Of a stretch of DNA of 33,599 nucleotides, positions 1-12,114 are shown piece after piece. The stretch's first letter is position 1. Every line of letters begins with the position of its first letter. This DNA is from Chiloscyllium plagiosum (Eukaryota): contig NC_057751.1 of the NCBI RefSeq assembly GCF_004010195.1, positions 14,950,172-14,983,770 of the forward strand, read 5' to 3'. The position numbers and the translations under genes are program-made. The notes below the pieces were generated by a model. That model saw only the letters and a program-made list of their open reading frames with translations. It was not told the origin of the DNA and did not search any database.

Positions 1-246
1 AGATATTTCTTCAGCCAGAGAGTGGTGGGTCTGTGGAATTCATTGCCACAGAGTGCAGTGGAGGCTGGGACGCTAAATGTCTTCAAGGCAGAAATTGATA
101 AATTCTTGATGTCACAAGGAATTAAGGGCTACGGGGAGAATGCGGGTTAGTGGAGTTGAAATGCCCATCAGCCATGATTGAATGGTGGAGTGGACTCGAT
201 GGGCCGAATGGCCTTACTTCCGCTCCTATGTCTTTTGGTCTTATGG
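1..246 (+). mobile_element. CR1 3' end, cut by the window start
   Basis: Encodes FFSQRVVGLWNSLPQSAVEAGTLNVFKAEIDKFL, followed by a CR1 3' UTR (gggccgaatggcct..ctcctatgtctt). Confidence 0.9.
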
Positions 247-531
247 AATGGGAAATTAGGGATGGCCAATAATTGCTGCCCTAACCAGGCTTCATCCTGA
301 GAATGAATTTAAAAAAAATTGTTACTACACCTGGAGCAGGTGGGACTTGAACCTGGGTGTCCTGGCCAGCTACCACAAGACCCTTGTAAGAGTCCTAAAA
401 TCCTTGGTCGAACCATCTCCAGCTGTTTCATTGACTTTCCTTCCATCATAAGATCAAGCGTAGGGATGGTCACAAACAAATGATGTTCAGTACCATTTGC
501 AAGACCTCAGAAACAATCATTGCCCACTTAT

Positions 532-764
532 TGTTGTTGTGTCGCCATAGTCTTACCAGACCACAGGGGCTGCTCTCATTGGAGAGAGAGGTGCTTGGTG
601 ATGATTTAACTTGAGGGTCACCAGACCTCAGGCAAAGGAAGAGGTTGAGAAGGAGAGTCCTTCATTGTAACCTCAAACCAGTGATGGGAATTGAATCCAT
701 GCTGTTGGCAACACATTGCTCTGCAAACCGACAATCCAGCCAACTGAGCTAAACTGATTCCCAG
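532..764 (-). mobile_element. tRNA-derived SINE with (CAA)n tail
   Basis: 11-bp TSD tgcccacttat (521-531 and 765-775). Minus-strand A-box-like (tagctcagttgg) and B-box-like (gattcaattccc) motifs are present. Confidence 0.75.
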
Positions 765-2371
765 TGCCCACTTATATCAGGACCTGGACAAGATTCTGGC
801 TTAGCTTGATAAATAGCAAATAATCTTTGCACTGCAAGTGTAAGGTTTCCGGTGAGAGAGAGAATTTAAATTCTTCCTTTCTTCATCCCCTGCTCACTGG
901 TGTTCAATTGCGTTACCACTACTGAATCAACATCCTGGGGTTACCATTGACGAGAAATTAAACTGAATCAGCCATTTGAATCCTGTGGCTTCAAGAGCAA
1001 TTCAAAGGCTGGATCCTGCAGTGAATAACTCACCTCCTGACAACCCAAAACTTGTCCATGTCTGTGTTATACCAAGACAATCCTTTGCAGGAGGTCAAGA
1101 ATGTGATTCATGACCACATGCTCAAGGCAATTATTTATTTAGAATGTATGTCATCGTTGAGCTAAGCAATAGCCTTGGCAATGGCAAGATGGAGCTTTTT
1201 TAAGCCAGCCTTCAAGTTAGTCAGGGGATACTCCTCGACAGTGGCCTGTATCATATAAGTGATCTCGATATCTTGATTGGGTGGAGCAGTTCGAATTCTT
1301 GAACTCTAATTCTTGAAGACCTTCTGGTGTGATTTCAGACATTTCAATGTGATGGGCCTGATACAAATGTGCGATTTATGTAATTATTGAGAACACATAA
1401 AGATTTGTGGCATAATCTTAAAATTGGAGCCAAGCCATTTGGAATGCCATCAGGAAGCAATTCTTCACAAAGTAGGGAACGGGGAAGGGTTGGAAATCTG
1501 GAATGATCCCTCTTGACAAGCTTTGGAAGCTGAAGTTCAATTGAACATTTTAGAATTGAGATTGACAGACTTTTGTATTTTTTTTCAATCTTTCATAGGA
1601 TGTTGGCATTGCTGACAAGATCAGCCTCTGTTGCTGAGCCTTGATAGTGCTTGAACTAAGTGGTTTATTGGACCACTTAAGGAAACAGTTAAAAGTCATT
1701 GTTATGGGTCTGGAGTCACATATAGATCAGACCAGGTAAGGACAGCAGATTTTGCTCCTGAAAGGACATTAATGAAACAGATGACTTAATCAATGATAAT
1801 TATCATGGCCTCCACACTGAAACCAGCTTTCAAATCCAGATTTTATTCATCAAATTTAAATTCTACCAACTGCCATGGTTGGATTTGAACCAGTGCCCAA
1901 AGAGCATTAACCTGGGCCTCTGGATCACTTATCCAATGATATTGCCATTATACCCCTTAAAAAAAGGTATTCATGGATACAGAACCAGGGTGGGTAAAGG
2001 GAGGTAAGAGTCAGATTAACCATGATTTGATTGGACACTAGAATAGGTTCCAAGGGCTGAATGGCCACCTCCTGTTCCTCTTTTTTTTCCAATGAACAGC
2101 AGAATTTGTTTCTGCTGGCTATCATTCCCATTTTGCTTCCATAATAAACAATAATTCAGGTTAAAATGAACAGTCACTTGGACAAATGTGAAGTAATGCA
2201 GCAGCATGGATTTGCTAAGGGCAAATAAATTGTTCAAGTTACTTCGTGAGATAACACATTGAGTAATTAAGATAATGCAACACATCGCCTTCTAAAAGAG
2301 ATGAGATGAAATACCATGTAATTAGTTGGTCAGTAAAGCTAAAGATCATGGATTAAAAGGGATAGTAGCAT

Positions 2372-4310
2372 TCACTCTGTTAAGTCCTTTAAGAATCCTG
2401 TGTTTCAATGAGATCACGTCTCATCCTTCGAAACTCCAGCGAGTCGAGTCCCAACCTGTTCAGCCTTTGCTCATGAGACAATCCCTCCATACCAGGGATC
2501 ATCCGAGTGAACTTCCTCTGAACTGCCTCCAATGAAATCGCTCCTTAAATGATATCTTTCCTTTAAATGAGAGGACCAAAACCACTCACAGTACTCCAGA
2601 TATGATTTGACCAGAATCTTGTACAGTTACAGTTGGACTTCCTCCCTATTATCGACCAAATTGCTTGAAATAAGAGCCAACATTCCATGAGCCTTCCTGA
2701 TTACCTGCTGCATCTTTGTGCTAGCTTTCTGTGTTTTGTGCTCAGGATATGGAATATTTGAATGATAAAGATAGGCTGGGATTTCTTTCACTGGAGCGTA
2801 AGAGGTTGAGAGGTGACTTTATATAAGTTTATCAAGTCATGAGGGGTATAGATAGATTAATGGTAGTTGTCTTTTCCCTCGGATAGGGGATTTTCAAGAC
2901 TAGGGTGCATTTTTTTAAGGTAGGAGAAGATATAAAAAAGATGAACAGCAAATTTTTACACAGTAGGTTGCTCACATGTGGAATGAACTTCCAGAGGATA
3001 TGGGCACAGTTACAACGCCTAAAAGATATTTGAATGAATAGGAAAGGTTTGGAGGGGTATGGGTCAGGGGAAAACAGGTGCGACTAGTTCAGTTTGGAGT
3101 TATATACAGCATGGACTGGTTGGACTGAGGGGTCTGTTTCCATGCTGTGTGACTGTCAGTCTAAGTGCCCTAAGTGTCTTTTGTGTTGCAACCTTTTGCA
3201 GTGTTTCTCCATTTAAATAATACACTGTTCTTTTGTTCCCCCTTCCAAAATGTACAACTTCACATTTTCCCATGTTATACCCCATTGCCAACATTTTGCT
3301 TACTTGCTTAACCTCTCAATATCACTCTGTGAACTGTTTGTATCCCCCTCTCTCAACCTGCCTTTCCACCTAGTTTTGTGTCGTCTGTAAACTTGGCTAC
3401 AGAACATTCATTTCTTTCCCCCTTCAAATTCACTAATATATTTTTTAAACAGTTGTGTTCCCAGCACTGATCCCTGACTCCATTGGTCACAGATTGCCAA
3501 CCTGAAAAAGAACCCCCTTTCCCCACTCGCTGTTACCTGCCCATTAACCAATTTTGAATTCCATGTCAAAATACTACCTCCAACAGTGTGTGCTCTTTTG
3601 ACTTAATCTTTTGGAATCTTTTGCCTTCTGGAAGTCCAAATACAACACATCTACTGGTTTCCCTCTCTGTTTGAGAATTCTGAATAAGGTTCTCATAAAT
3701 TAGTCAGACATAGTTTCCATATCATGAAGCCCTGCTTACCCTCCTTGATTAGATAATGATTTTCCAGGTGTCCTGCTATGATTTCCTTAAAAATTGATCT
3801 CAATACTTTTCCAACAACAGATGTCAGGCTAATCGGCCTCGAGCTAACTGCTTTTTGCCTCCATCTGTTCTTTTGAATAGGATTGTCACATTGGCAGTTT
3901 TCTGATCCTTTGGTATTTCTCCAGAATCCAAGAATTTTTGGAAAATTACAACCTATACATCCACTATCTCAGTAACTACCTCTTCAGCATCCTTGGAAGT
4001 AAGCCATCAGGACCAGGGAACCTATCTGCTTTCATCTCCATTAGCTTGTCTAATACTACTTCTCTAGTGATGATGATAGTACTTAATTTCTCCCTTGTGT
4101 TCTTTCATATTAATGGGAGTTTGAAATATCTTCCACTGTACAGAATGATGCAAAATATCTGCTTAACTCATGTATCATTTCCTGCCCTTCCAGTAACCAT
4201 TTCCCCAGGTTAATTTTCTAAGGGACCTATGTTCACTTTGACACCTCACTTCCTTTTACTATGTTTAAAGAAGTTCTTATTGTCTGTTTTTAACTTCCTT
4301 GCTATTTTGG
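2372..4310 (-). mobile_element. Degenerate CR1 (2372-2745 and 3160-4310) interrupted by a plus-strand CR1 3' end (about 2746-3155)
   Basis: ORF 3100-3294 contains KCEVVHFGRGN..YYLNGETL. The nested plus-strand piece has the typical 3' UTR (ttggactgaggggtctgtttccatgctg). Confidence 0.8.
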
Positions 4311-4339
4311 CTCTCCTAGTATAGAATGGAGTTCTGCAG

Positions 4340-5210
4340 GGTTTTAAGCTGGGACCCCTGCTTTCTTCAGATTATGACTTAGATTTGGGTGTACAGGGCA
4401 CAATTTCAAAATTTATGGATGGTATAAAACTTGCAAGCTTTGTGAACTCTTGAGAAAGATAGTGATGGGCTATGAGAGGACATCAGTGATGGAATGGGTG
4501 GAAATAAGGCAGATAAAACCATTACAAAATTGAGTCATTAACCTTTGGGTGGAAAAATGAGAGGAGAATATAAAATGTTGGGTCAAATTTAAAAGAACTT
4601 CAGGAGTGGAAAGATCTGGGTGTAAATTTGGACATACTGAGAAGTTGGTAAATAAAGGCCAAAGATACTGGGCTTAATAATTAGGAGAAGCATGTCCAAA
4701 ATCTAGGAAATTCTATGTAACATGTATAAAGCACTAATATGGCCTCAACTGAAGCGCAGTGTCCAATTCTGGGCACTTGTTTTTTGGAAGGATTCATTGG
4801 CAAGAGTAAAGACAAGACTCACATGATTGGATCTGAGATAGAGGAACTTGACTCCTGTAGAGATTGGTGAAGATGGGACTGTTCCTCACAGAGAAGCAAT
4901 GTTTGAGAGGAGTATGGAATTTGATTGACAGGCCTCAACAGAAGAGGGCAGAATGTTCCCATGGGCAGAAATGTTGAGAACCAAAGGACACTAATTTAAG
5001 TGATTGGCAAAAAAAACCCAAAGGAAAACAACATGTATGCAACATATCATTCAGATTTGATATGCACTGAGAGCAAGGTGGATGTAGATTCAAATTCCAT
5101 TTTCAGAGTGACAAAATATTTGCAGGTTTAATGGGGAGATGATCGGGAAGTGAGTTGCCATTGGATTTGACCAGTTGATTGGGTTCATGCACTATAACAA
5201 TTTTGCTGTT
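4340..5210 (+). mobile_element. Old degenerate CR1 fragment; another lies at about 7025-7750 (+)
   Basis: Remnants of RT-region motifs (tataaagcactaatatggcctcaactgaagcgcagtgtccaattctggg) with no open frame. Confidence 0.65.
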
Positions 5211-5250
5211 CCATTTGAATCTCGTTCTATTTAACTGATAGTGTAACAGA

Positions 5251-6080
5251 GCAGGCTGCAGAGAAGAGTTCTTGGTGCATATATTCTTGGGTGCAGGCTC
5301 TCATCACTAAAAACTAGTAGCACTATATTTCCATGTCTTGCTGTTATTACTCTATTCTTTTGATTGAACTGTGCAGAGATGTGGCCATGACGTATGTGCT
5401 TATGTGCCTACATGCATCTGTCAGTGACATTTTTGCCTTCAACACACAATATTGGGAATCACCATAACAGAAACCTGGGAATACAATGCAGGTCGACAAG
5501 TCCTACTTCAGGCACGCATCCATTTCTGGGGGACAGTACTGAGGGAGTGCTACATTGTCAGAGGGTCAGTACTTGCACTGTCACTTTTTCCTTCTCTGTC
5601 ACATTTTCGTTTCTTCTTTTTTCGGCAGTATTTACTTTATCGTCTTTTTTTCCTCGCATGGTAGGTAGTATTTGGGCTGAGCCTGGCTGCTCTCGGCCAG
5701 CAGTATTCTTTTTCTCTCTCTCCTTTTGATCTTTTTTATTCTTTCTTTTTCTTCATCTTCCTGACAATGTGGGGAGGCCATAGCGGTGTGTCACCGGTGA
5801 CTGTTGGCTCCGGATGCCAATGCATGGTCTCCTGGCATGGGGACAGAACATCAACTGCAGTAATGGCAGAATGGGGACTCCTGGCTTCGTAGGCCTGATA
5901 CATGGACTTCTGGAATCGAGCAACAGAACAGGCTGCAGAGGAGAACATTGCTGCATGTATTATGTTCATGGGTGCAGGCTCTCGAGACTGAAAACTACTG
6001 GCACTACATTCCCCATGTTGCTGATCACAACTTGATGTTATCGCCTTACTTTTTTGACTGAACTGTAGCAGTGTCCATGC
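5251..6080 (+). repeat. Diverged direct repeat of about 140-150 bp (about 5251-5390 and 5930-6080)
   Basis: Shared collinear blocks ggctgcagag, gggtgcaggctctc, act.aaaacta.t.gcacta.att.cc.atgt and tttga.tgaactgt. Confidence 0.75.
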
Positions 6081-6637
6081 CTGGAGTGGTGGGCTCCTGG
6101 CTGTGATAGGCTAGGAGATGGGACCTTACAGAAGACCTGAAGCCATGTTTAGGACCCTGGCAATGAAGATGCACTCTATTTAAGTATTTTCTTCTAATTC
6201 TTTTGTACCTCAAAATGGTGCCAGATTGTGGCAACAGAACACTTTTCACTATATCTCCCTCGATATATGCCAATAAATCATGTCTTTTTTATCTTGCCTC
6301 TTAATATGGTGCTTCATTTCTTAATTTTGTAGGACTATATTCTGCATTCTGTTCTATTCTTGATGTAAAATATGATTTGCCTGGATAGCATGCAAAACAA
6401 TCATTTTTGCTGCATTTTGGTACGTGACAATAACAAATCAAATAATTTCTGCCTCCCTACCCTTTGTCACTGCACATATTTGAGAAAAAAAAACCTCCTG
6501 CACTTAACCCTCCCTGTTTCTCTCGCTCTGTGTATCACTCTCTCTGAGCCCCTACTATTCTGTCTCTCACTCTCCCATCTGCTATGCTGTCACAATTTCC
6601 ATCTGCCTCTCTTGCTTTCTGCCTGCCTGTGATCCCA

Positions 6638-6656
6638 TCTCTCTCTCTCTCTCTCT
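6638..6656. repeat. (CT)n microsatellite; similar runs at about 17384-17403 and 30246-30264
   Basis: Read directly from the sequence. Confidence 0.85.
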
Positions 6657-8109
6657 TTCTCCTGTGCATGTAGTACAGGTGACTGACACACAGTCCTTAC
6701 TTTACCCATCCTTCTATGAAGAAATAGGATTGTAGTTGTTAATGGAGATAATTGTGTGGGTGTGACTCTGTGCAGGAAGTGGTAATTTTAACCCTTTATA
6801 GCTGCTTTCTGTCATTACTCTCTCCTTTCTCCCAATCCAAACTCCACTGAACACAATGTGAATGGATTGTGTTGCAAACAGAGGGACAAGTTTCCTTTAT
6901 TCAGCATCCATTCCTTTCAATTGAAATTCGCCTGTCATTCTAATACTTGAGAAAAGATTTAAAAATATCCAGTAAATGATAAACCGGCATCTATCATTAG
7001 GAAATTAGTTATTCTGTCATTACAGGTAAATTGATTGAATGATTTGAAAATTTTCAGTTGTGCAGAGAGAACCAATGTGGAACCAATGTGTCCAGAAAAT
7101 AATCAAAAAATGCAAATTGAATGCTGGCCTTTGTATCTCAATGACTGGAAGAAGAGAAAATAAAAGTGCTTCAGCTGCATGAAGGAGGGATATCTTAACA
7201 TTGAAGGAAATGCAGCATAGATTTACCAGAATAGTATGTGTACCCCAAGAATTGAATTTATGAGGAAGAATTTGACAGTCACACAAGTGTTATGGTGAGA
7301 AGGCCACCATTTGGCTCAGACCAATTGCCTGCACCAGTTCGTTGAGAGTAGGATTGGCTTTTATTTGCCCAGAATTAAGAAATTTAAGCTGTGATTTTAT
7401 CAAGGGTTTCATAATATTCAGGAAAATAGCTTAGGTAGATTCTAATAAATTACTTCTGGTATAGACAGAGAGTCTAGCTTTAGTGTGCATGGTCTAAGGA
7501 TGAGAATCAGATCTTTTCGGGGGAGAAAGTAGGACACTTCTTTATACACAGATGGTGATAGAAGTTTGGGACTCTTAGATGTCCAGGTGGCAATTCTGCT
7601 TCTGTTAAAATTTGAATATAAAATTGTTAATTGTGAGATTGACAGTTTTTTTATTTGTCTGAGATATTCAGAGACACTGAGATGTGATCTGAGTGAATGG
7701 TCGGTCTTGTACAAGGTGGTGAATGGCCTCCTTCTATTCCGGATCTTGGACAAAGTTTTCATATGCCTGTTTCTCTCCCTGCTGTTCCATTATCCTTTTC
7801 ATTATTCATCGTAAACTAGGTTAAAAAATTCCAAGGGATGAACAGGATTAATCTGGAACAGAGATTTATGAACTCCTACCTTTGTCTTAAGGGGTAGTTT
7901 GTTTGTTAGAGGTGTTAAATTGTCGATAGGCCCTGATCCCTTTGTCTCTGAATTCACCTGTGCATTTTGTGCGACAAAGCCTGCTTCTGCTTTGAACGTC
8001 CTGACAGAAGTTTTCCCAATGTTTACATAAAGATTTAATAGAGGCAAATATTTAGAGTAAACAGCCCATTTTTTGTGCTGCTGTATTCATCTCTGCTTGA
8101 GCTTTAGTG

Positions 8110-8237
8110 ATGAAGAAGGGTTATACCCAAAACATTGACTTCTCCACCTCCTGGTGCTGACTGGCTTGCTGTGTTCTTCCAGTCTCCTGCTTGTGTACCT
8201 TGGATTCCGGCATTTGCAGTTTTTTTTTGTCTCTAAC
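8110..8237 (+). mobile_element. Degenerate hammerhead-bearing PLE-derived fragment
   Basis: aTGAAGA-a-GGGT-tat-ACCC-aAAAC-ATT, followed by a tail resembling family A (..gctgactggcttgctgtgttcttccag..gcatttgcagt). Confidence 0.6.
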
Positions 8238-8794
8238 CGAACTTTAATGATGACAATCTGAAAGTGTTCCTCTGTACCATTGGTGACTGCAGTATCTGAC
8301 CCATTATCAACCTACACCAACACAACAGAATTTAGAGACATTCCAGATTAGTGCAAGAATGAAACGTCACTGTGTAAAACAGGAATATAGAAAAGTGCAT
8401 TTCAGTGATTCTTTCACCAGCTTCAGTTTCCTCTTTTGAACTGTGAGAGTGCATGTCACCATATTTGACAGTGTTATGGCCGAATAGGTCAGTGATTTCA
8501 TTGAAGAGTGGTGACTCATTAACGTTTTTAATTGTTGAAATTTCCCTTATTTGTTTCCTGTAACTGAACCATCAGTAGGTAGACAGACTAATCCTCCAAA
8601 GCGTCAGTTACCATGGAACCCCACTGTCGGTATTTGAATGGTGAAATACAGATTGAATGTATGAACTGAAATTGAATTCTGATGAGCTAATCTTCAAGGG
8701 CTACAAGCAAACTGCAGAAGTTGAAATGACAGAAACAACTTTCATTGATATTGAGTTGTCACAGCCACTAGATCTCTAAGTGCTTCACATTGGA

Positions 8795-9990
8795 GTTATA
8801 GAGTCATACAGCGGAGAAACAGGCTGGTCGGTCCAAGTGTTCATGCTGACCAGTTTCCTAAACTGAACTAGTCCCATTTGCTAGCATTTGGGCCATCTGC
8901 CTCTGAACCTTTCCTAGCAGTGTACTTGTTCAAATGTCTTTTAACTGTTGTAATTGTACCTGCCTCTACCATTTCCTCTGGCAGCTCGTTCCATATATGC
9001 ACCACCCTCTGAAAAGTTGCCCCTAAGGTCCCTCTTTCTCCTCTCACCTTAAAATATGCCCTTTAGTTTTGGACTCCTCTACCCTGAGTAAAAGACCTTG
9101 GCTATTCACCTTATCTATTCCCCTCATGATTTTATAAACCTCTTCAGCCTCCTCTGCACCAGTGGAAATACGACCCATCCTAACCAACCTCTCCTTATAA
9201 CTCGAGCCTTCCAGGTTTCATAGCATCCTTGTAAATCTTTCTTGCACCTTTTCAGGATAACAATACTGTGGCGTTAAGAGGTGTATCTTGTCTTTTTTTT
9301 CAAAATGAAGAGAGGTTGAGACAGAGGCACTGAGTAGAATGTTCCAAGCCAATCAACTAAATAGTTTGTGAAGCCTTAGGTTTTTTAAAATAACATTAGG
9401 ACAATAGAAGCAGACTGAATGAGTAGAGTCAGGTTCCAACAGAACCAGGGTTTTAGTTTATCTTTCAGTGATTGTTGGGGTTTTGAAGTTGGCTCTCTCT
9501 CATGCTCTCTTCCTCTACCCCAGAATTTCTTCTCTATGCTAAAGGCAAAAGCTTGGATTCTCTCTGTCTCACGTGCGATTCTGGCAGCAATCTGTTTGAC
9601 TGAATTTCCAGTCATGTTACTATATTGGAACTGTTGCTGTTTAGTTGTTAAATAATCAATTATTCTGTTGTCTATTTTCCAATAGAGTTAAAGTTACACC
9701 AATTCTTCTTCCTTTTGTCTGTTTTTTGAACTATGGGGGCAAGAATAAAGTGTGTTTTGCTTAAAGCCAAACAATGTAACCAGTTGAATTACATTTAGAA
9801 CACAGCACCTTTATGCTTATCTTTGAATTAGATAAAAGTTAGGGTCTAGGTACCTCCTTGATCTATTTGGGGGGGGGGGGGTTTGGTCTGGTCCATAACA
9901 TCAGTTTAATAACACCCTTCCTACAGCAGGGTGACCAGAATTGTACACAGTACTCAAAATATGACCTTACCAATATCTTGAACAGCTGTA
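8795..9990 (-). mobile_element. CR1 3' end split by the 9256-9900 insert
   Basis: High similarity to the CR1 3' ends at 20350, 23212 and 25103. Confidence 0.85.
9256..9900 (+). mobile_element. Solo-LTR-like insert (645 bp) interrupting a CR1
   Basis: The CR1 sequence resumes on both sides, with a 4-bp TSD TCAG (9252-9255 and 9901-9904). It ends in ATAACA with AATAAA near 9744. The 5' end (GATAAC) lacks the canonical TG. Confidence 0.6.
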
Positions 9991-11349
9991 AACTCTGCTT
10001 CCTGAGTTTATGTACAAATTACTTCTCGTTCCAAAGCTAATAATAGGCTGTCACTGACAAATGCTCTAGCAGTACAGGTGCCCAGTTCTTGCAGTAGAGA
10101 GTCAGTTACTCTGTCTGCCAAGGATATTTCCTGATAGCCTGCACACTGAACCTCTTTGTTTTCCAGTTTGAGTCTAAAGCTGTCAAGCCTGATAAGACCA
10201 GATTACATCCTCAACAGCAATTCATTCCATTCCAGCCTCTCCATGTCTACTGTTTCAGGTGGATGTAAAATTACTTGCAAGAAGAGCAGGGGAAAAGTCT
10301 GTCTGGTGTTGACATTGTGTCACTGAAATAGATTATTTGCACATTGGTGTTTATGGAATCCTGCTGTGCATAAATTGACCACTGTCATATTTCAGGAAAC
10401 ACAATGATTTCAAACCACGTAATGTAAACATTCTGGGTCACCCTGAGGTCATGAAATGCTCTTCAAAAATCCAAGCCTTTTGGTTTACTATTGCTATTTT
10501 CTCGAATGACAGAGGATCCGGAACTGTTATGCTAAATTCAAAAACTGCTCCTGTTCCTTAATGATGCAAAGTCATGATAGTCCGAGGTGACCTTTGAAGA
10601 GCTTCTTGAGTGCATTTCAGTGACGGACAGCAGTGTGCTCAACAGTTATCTTGCTGCTGCTAGTAGCTTGACTACCTTGGTAGATTGACTCATGTCTGTT
10701 TGGTTTGGGCCTCCCCTGTGTCTTAATCTTGTAGCAGGCCATGCATGCTGACCTTCACATGGCGATCTGCAGTAAGCCATTCAGTGCATCATTATAGTTC
10801 TGTAGTTTGGGAATCTGCTACCAATTTAAACCTCTCTGCTCATGGTTATGGTGATGTGAATTTGGAATGCTCCAGTTTCTATCCCCAGACGATCTCTCCC
10901 AGCACATAGTGAGGCCATTCAGTCTGTTGTACCAGTGCCAATCCTCTTTGTGTAATCTGTTGATTCCTATTTCCTATACAATCGAAGGTCCCATCATTTT
11001 TTAAAGTATTCTCTCACTCATTATTTGTTTATGAAAGATTTTGCAGTTCCCTTTAAGGTCACCCAATGATATTCTCCTCTTCATCTTTTTTGTATCATTT
11101 TTCAATTTCCTTAATCATTCTGTATCGTGATCGGTTTTCAATTATTTTCTGTTTTATCAAAAAAAATCCTTTTCTCTCTTTTTATATTAACTTTGCTCCA
11201 TTTACTTTGTCATTCTGGGAGCTCTATTTTTGGATGCCTCAACTTGTATCTCTTTGACAGTATGTCTGGACTGAGCTCAAATATTCTTGCCTTGAGGATC
11301 TGCCAATGTTCATTCACTGTTCTTAACCACTTCTTTGTCTGCACTCAGT

Positions 11350-11591
11350 GGGCGGCACGGTGGCACAGTGGTTAGCACTGCTGCCTCACAGCCGGGTGCT
11401 CCGGTTTCCTCCCACAGTCCAAAGATGTGCAGGTCAGGTGAATTAGCCATGCTAAATTGCCCAGAATGTTAGGCGCATTAGTCAGAGGGGTAAATGTAGG
11501 GGTATGGGTGGGTTTCGCTTCGGCGGGTCGGTGTGGACTTGTTGGGCCGAAGGGCCTGTTTCCACACTGTAATGTAATCTAATCTAATCTA
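11350..11591 (+). mobile_element. HE1-type tRNA-derived V-SINE with internal deletion
   Basis: GGGCGGCACGGTGGCACAGTGGTTAGCACTGCTGCCTCACAGC head containing the A box, joined directly to the V-domain segment cgggtgctccggtttcctcccacagtccaaaga, so the B box is lost. It has a CR1-like tail (gggccgaagggcctgtttcc) and ends in (AATCT)n. Confidence 0.88.
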
Positions 11592-12114
11592 TGCTCGAGC
11601 TCTTCTCAAATTGGTCAAATTAACTCTATTCCTGTTTGATATATTTTACCTCTAATTTTTCTTGTCCTGTTCCATAATCATATTGAACCTCCTTATGTTC
11701 TGATCGCCATTATCTAGTTACTCCCAAAGATACTTCAATTATCCTATATCACTTTCTGGAACTAAATCCAGTGCTGCTTCAGTCCTCATTGGTCCAGAAC
11801 TGCACAAATTAAGGAAGTTCTCCTGGATGGAATTGAAAAAAAAAATTATTATCCTCTTACCCGCCATTCTGGATTTTCTCTCAGACTAAAATTAGGTTAA
11901 TTGGAATCTCATACTATTACTGATATTACACTAACTGTTACATTACACTAAATTCTCTGAAATTACCATACAGGTGAGCTCCATTAGCTGCTCCTTATTT
12001 CAGTGTCTACAGTAAACACCCAGCAAAATAACAGCTGTTTCTTTCTATTCCTTAGCACAAACAGATTTTGACTTGTATTTTGCCTCCTGTTAAATCTTAA
12101 ACATTATAAAAATT

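Noticed and set aside
10167..10258. Possible 92-nt exon (ttttccag ... cag|gtggat) with an open frame
   Set aside because: The donor is weak, no recognisable protein is encoded, and there is no other support.
11350..11400. tRNA gene
   Set aside because: This is a SINE head with the B box deleted and no cloverleaf.
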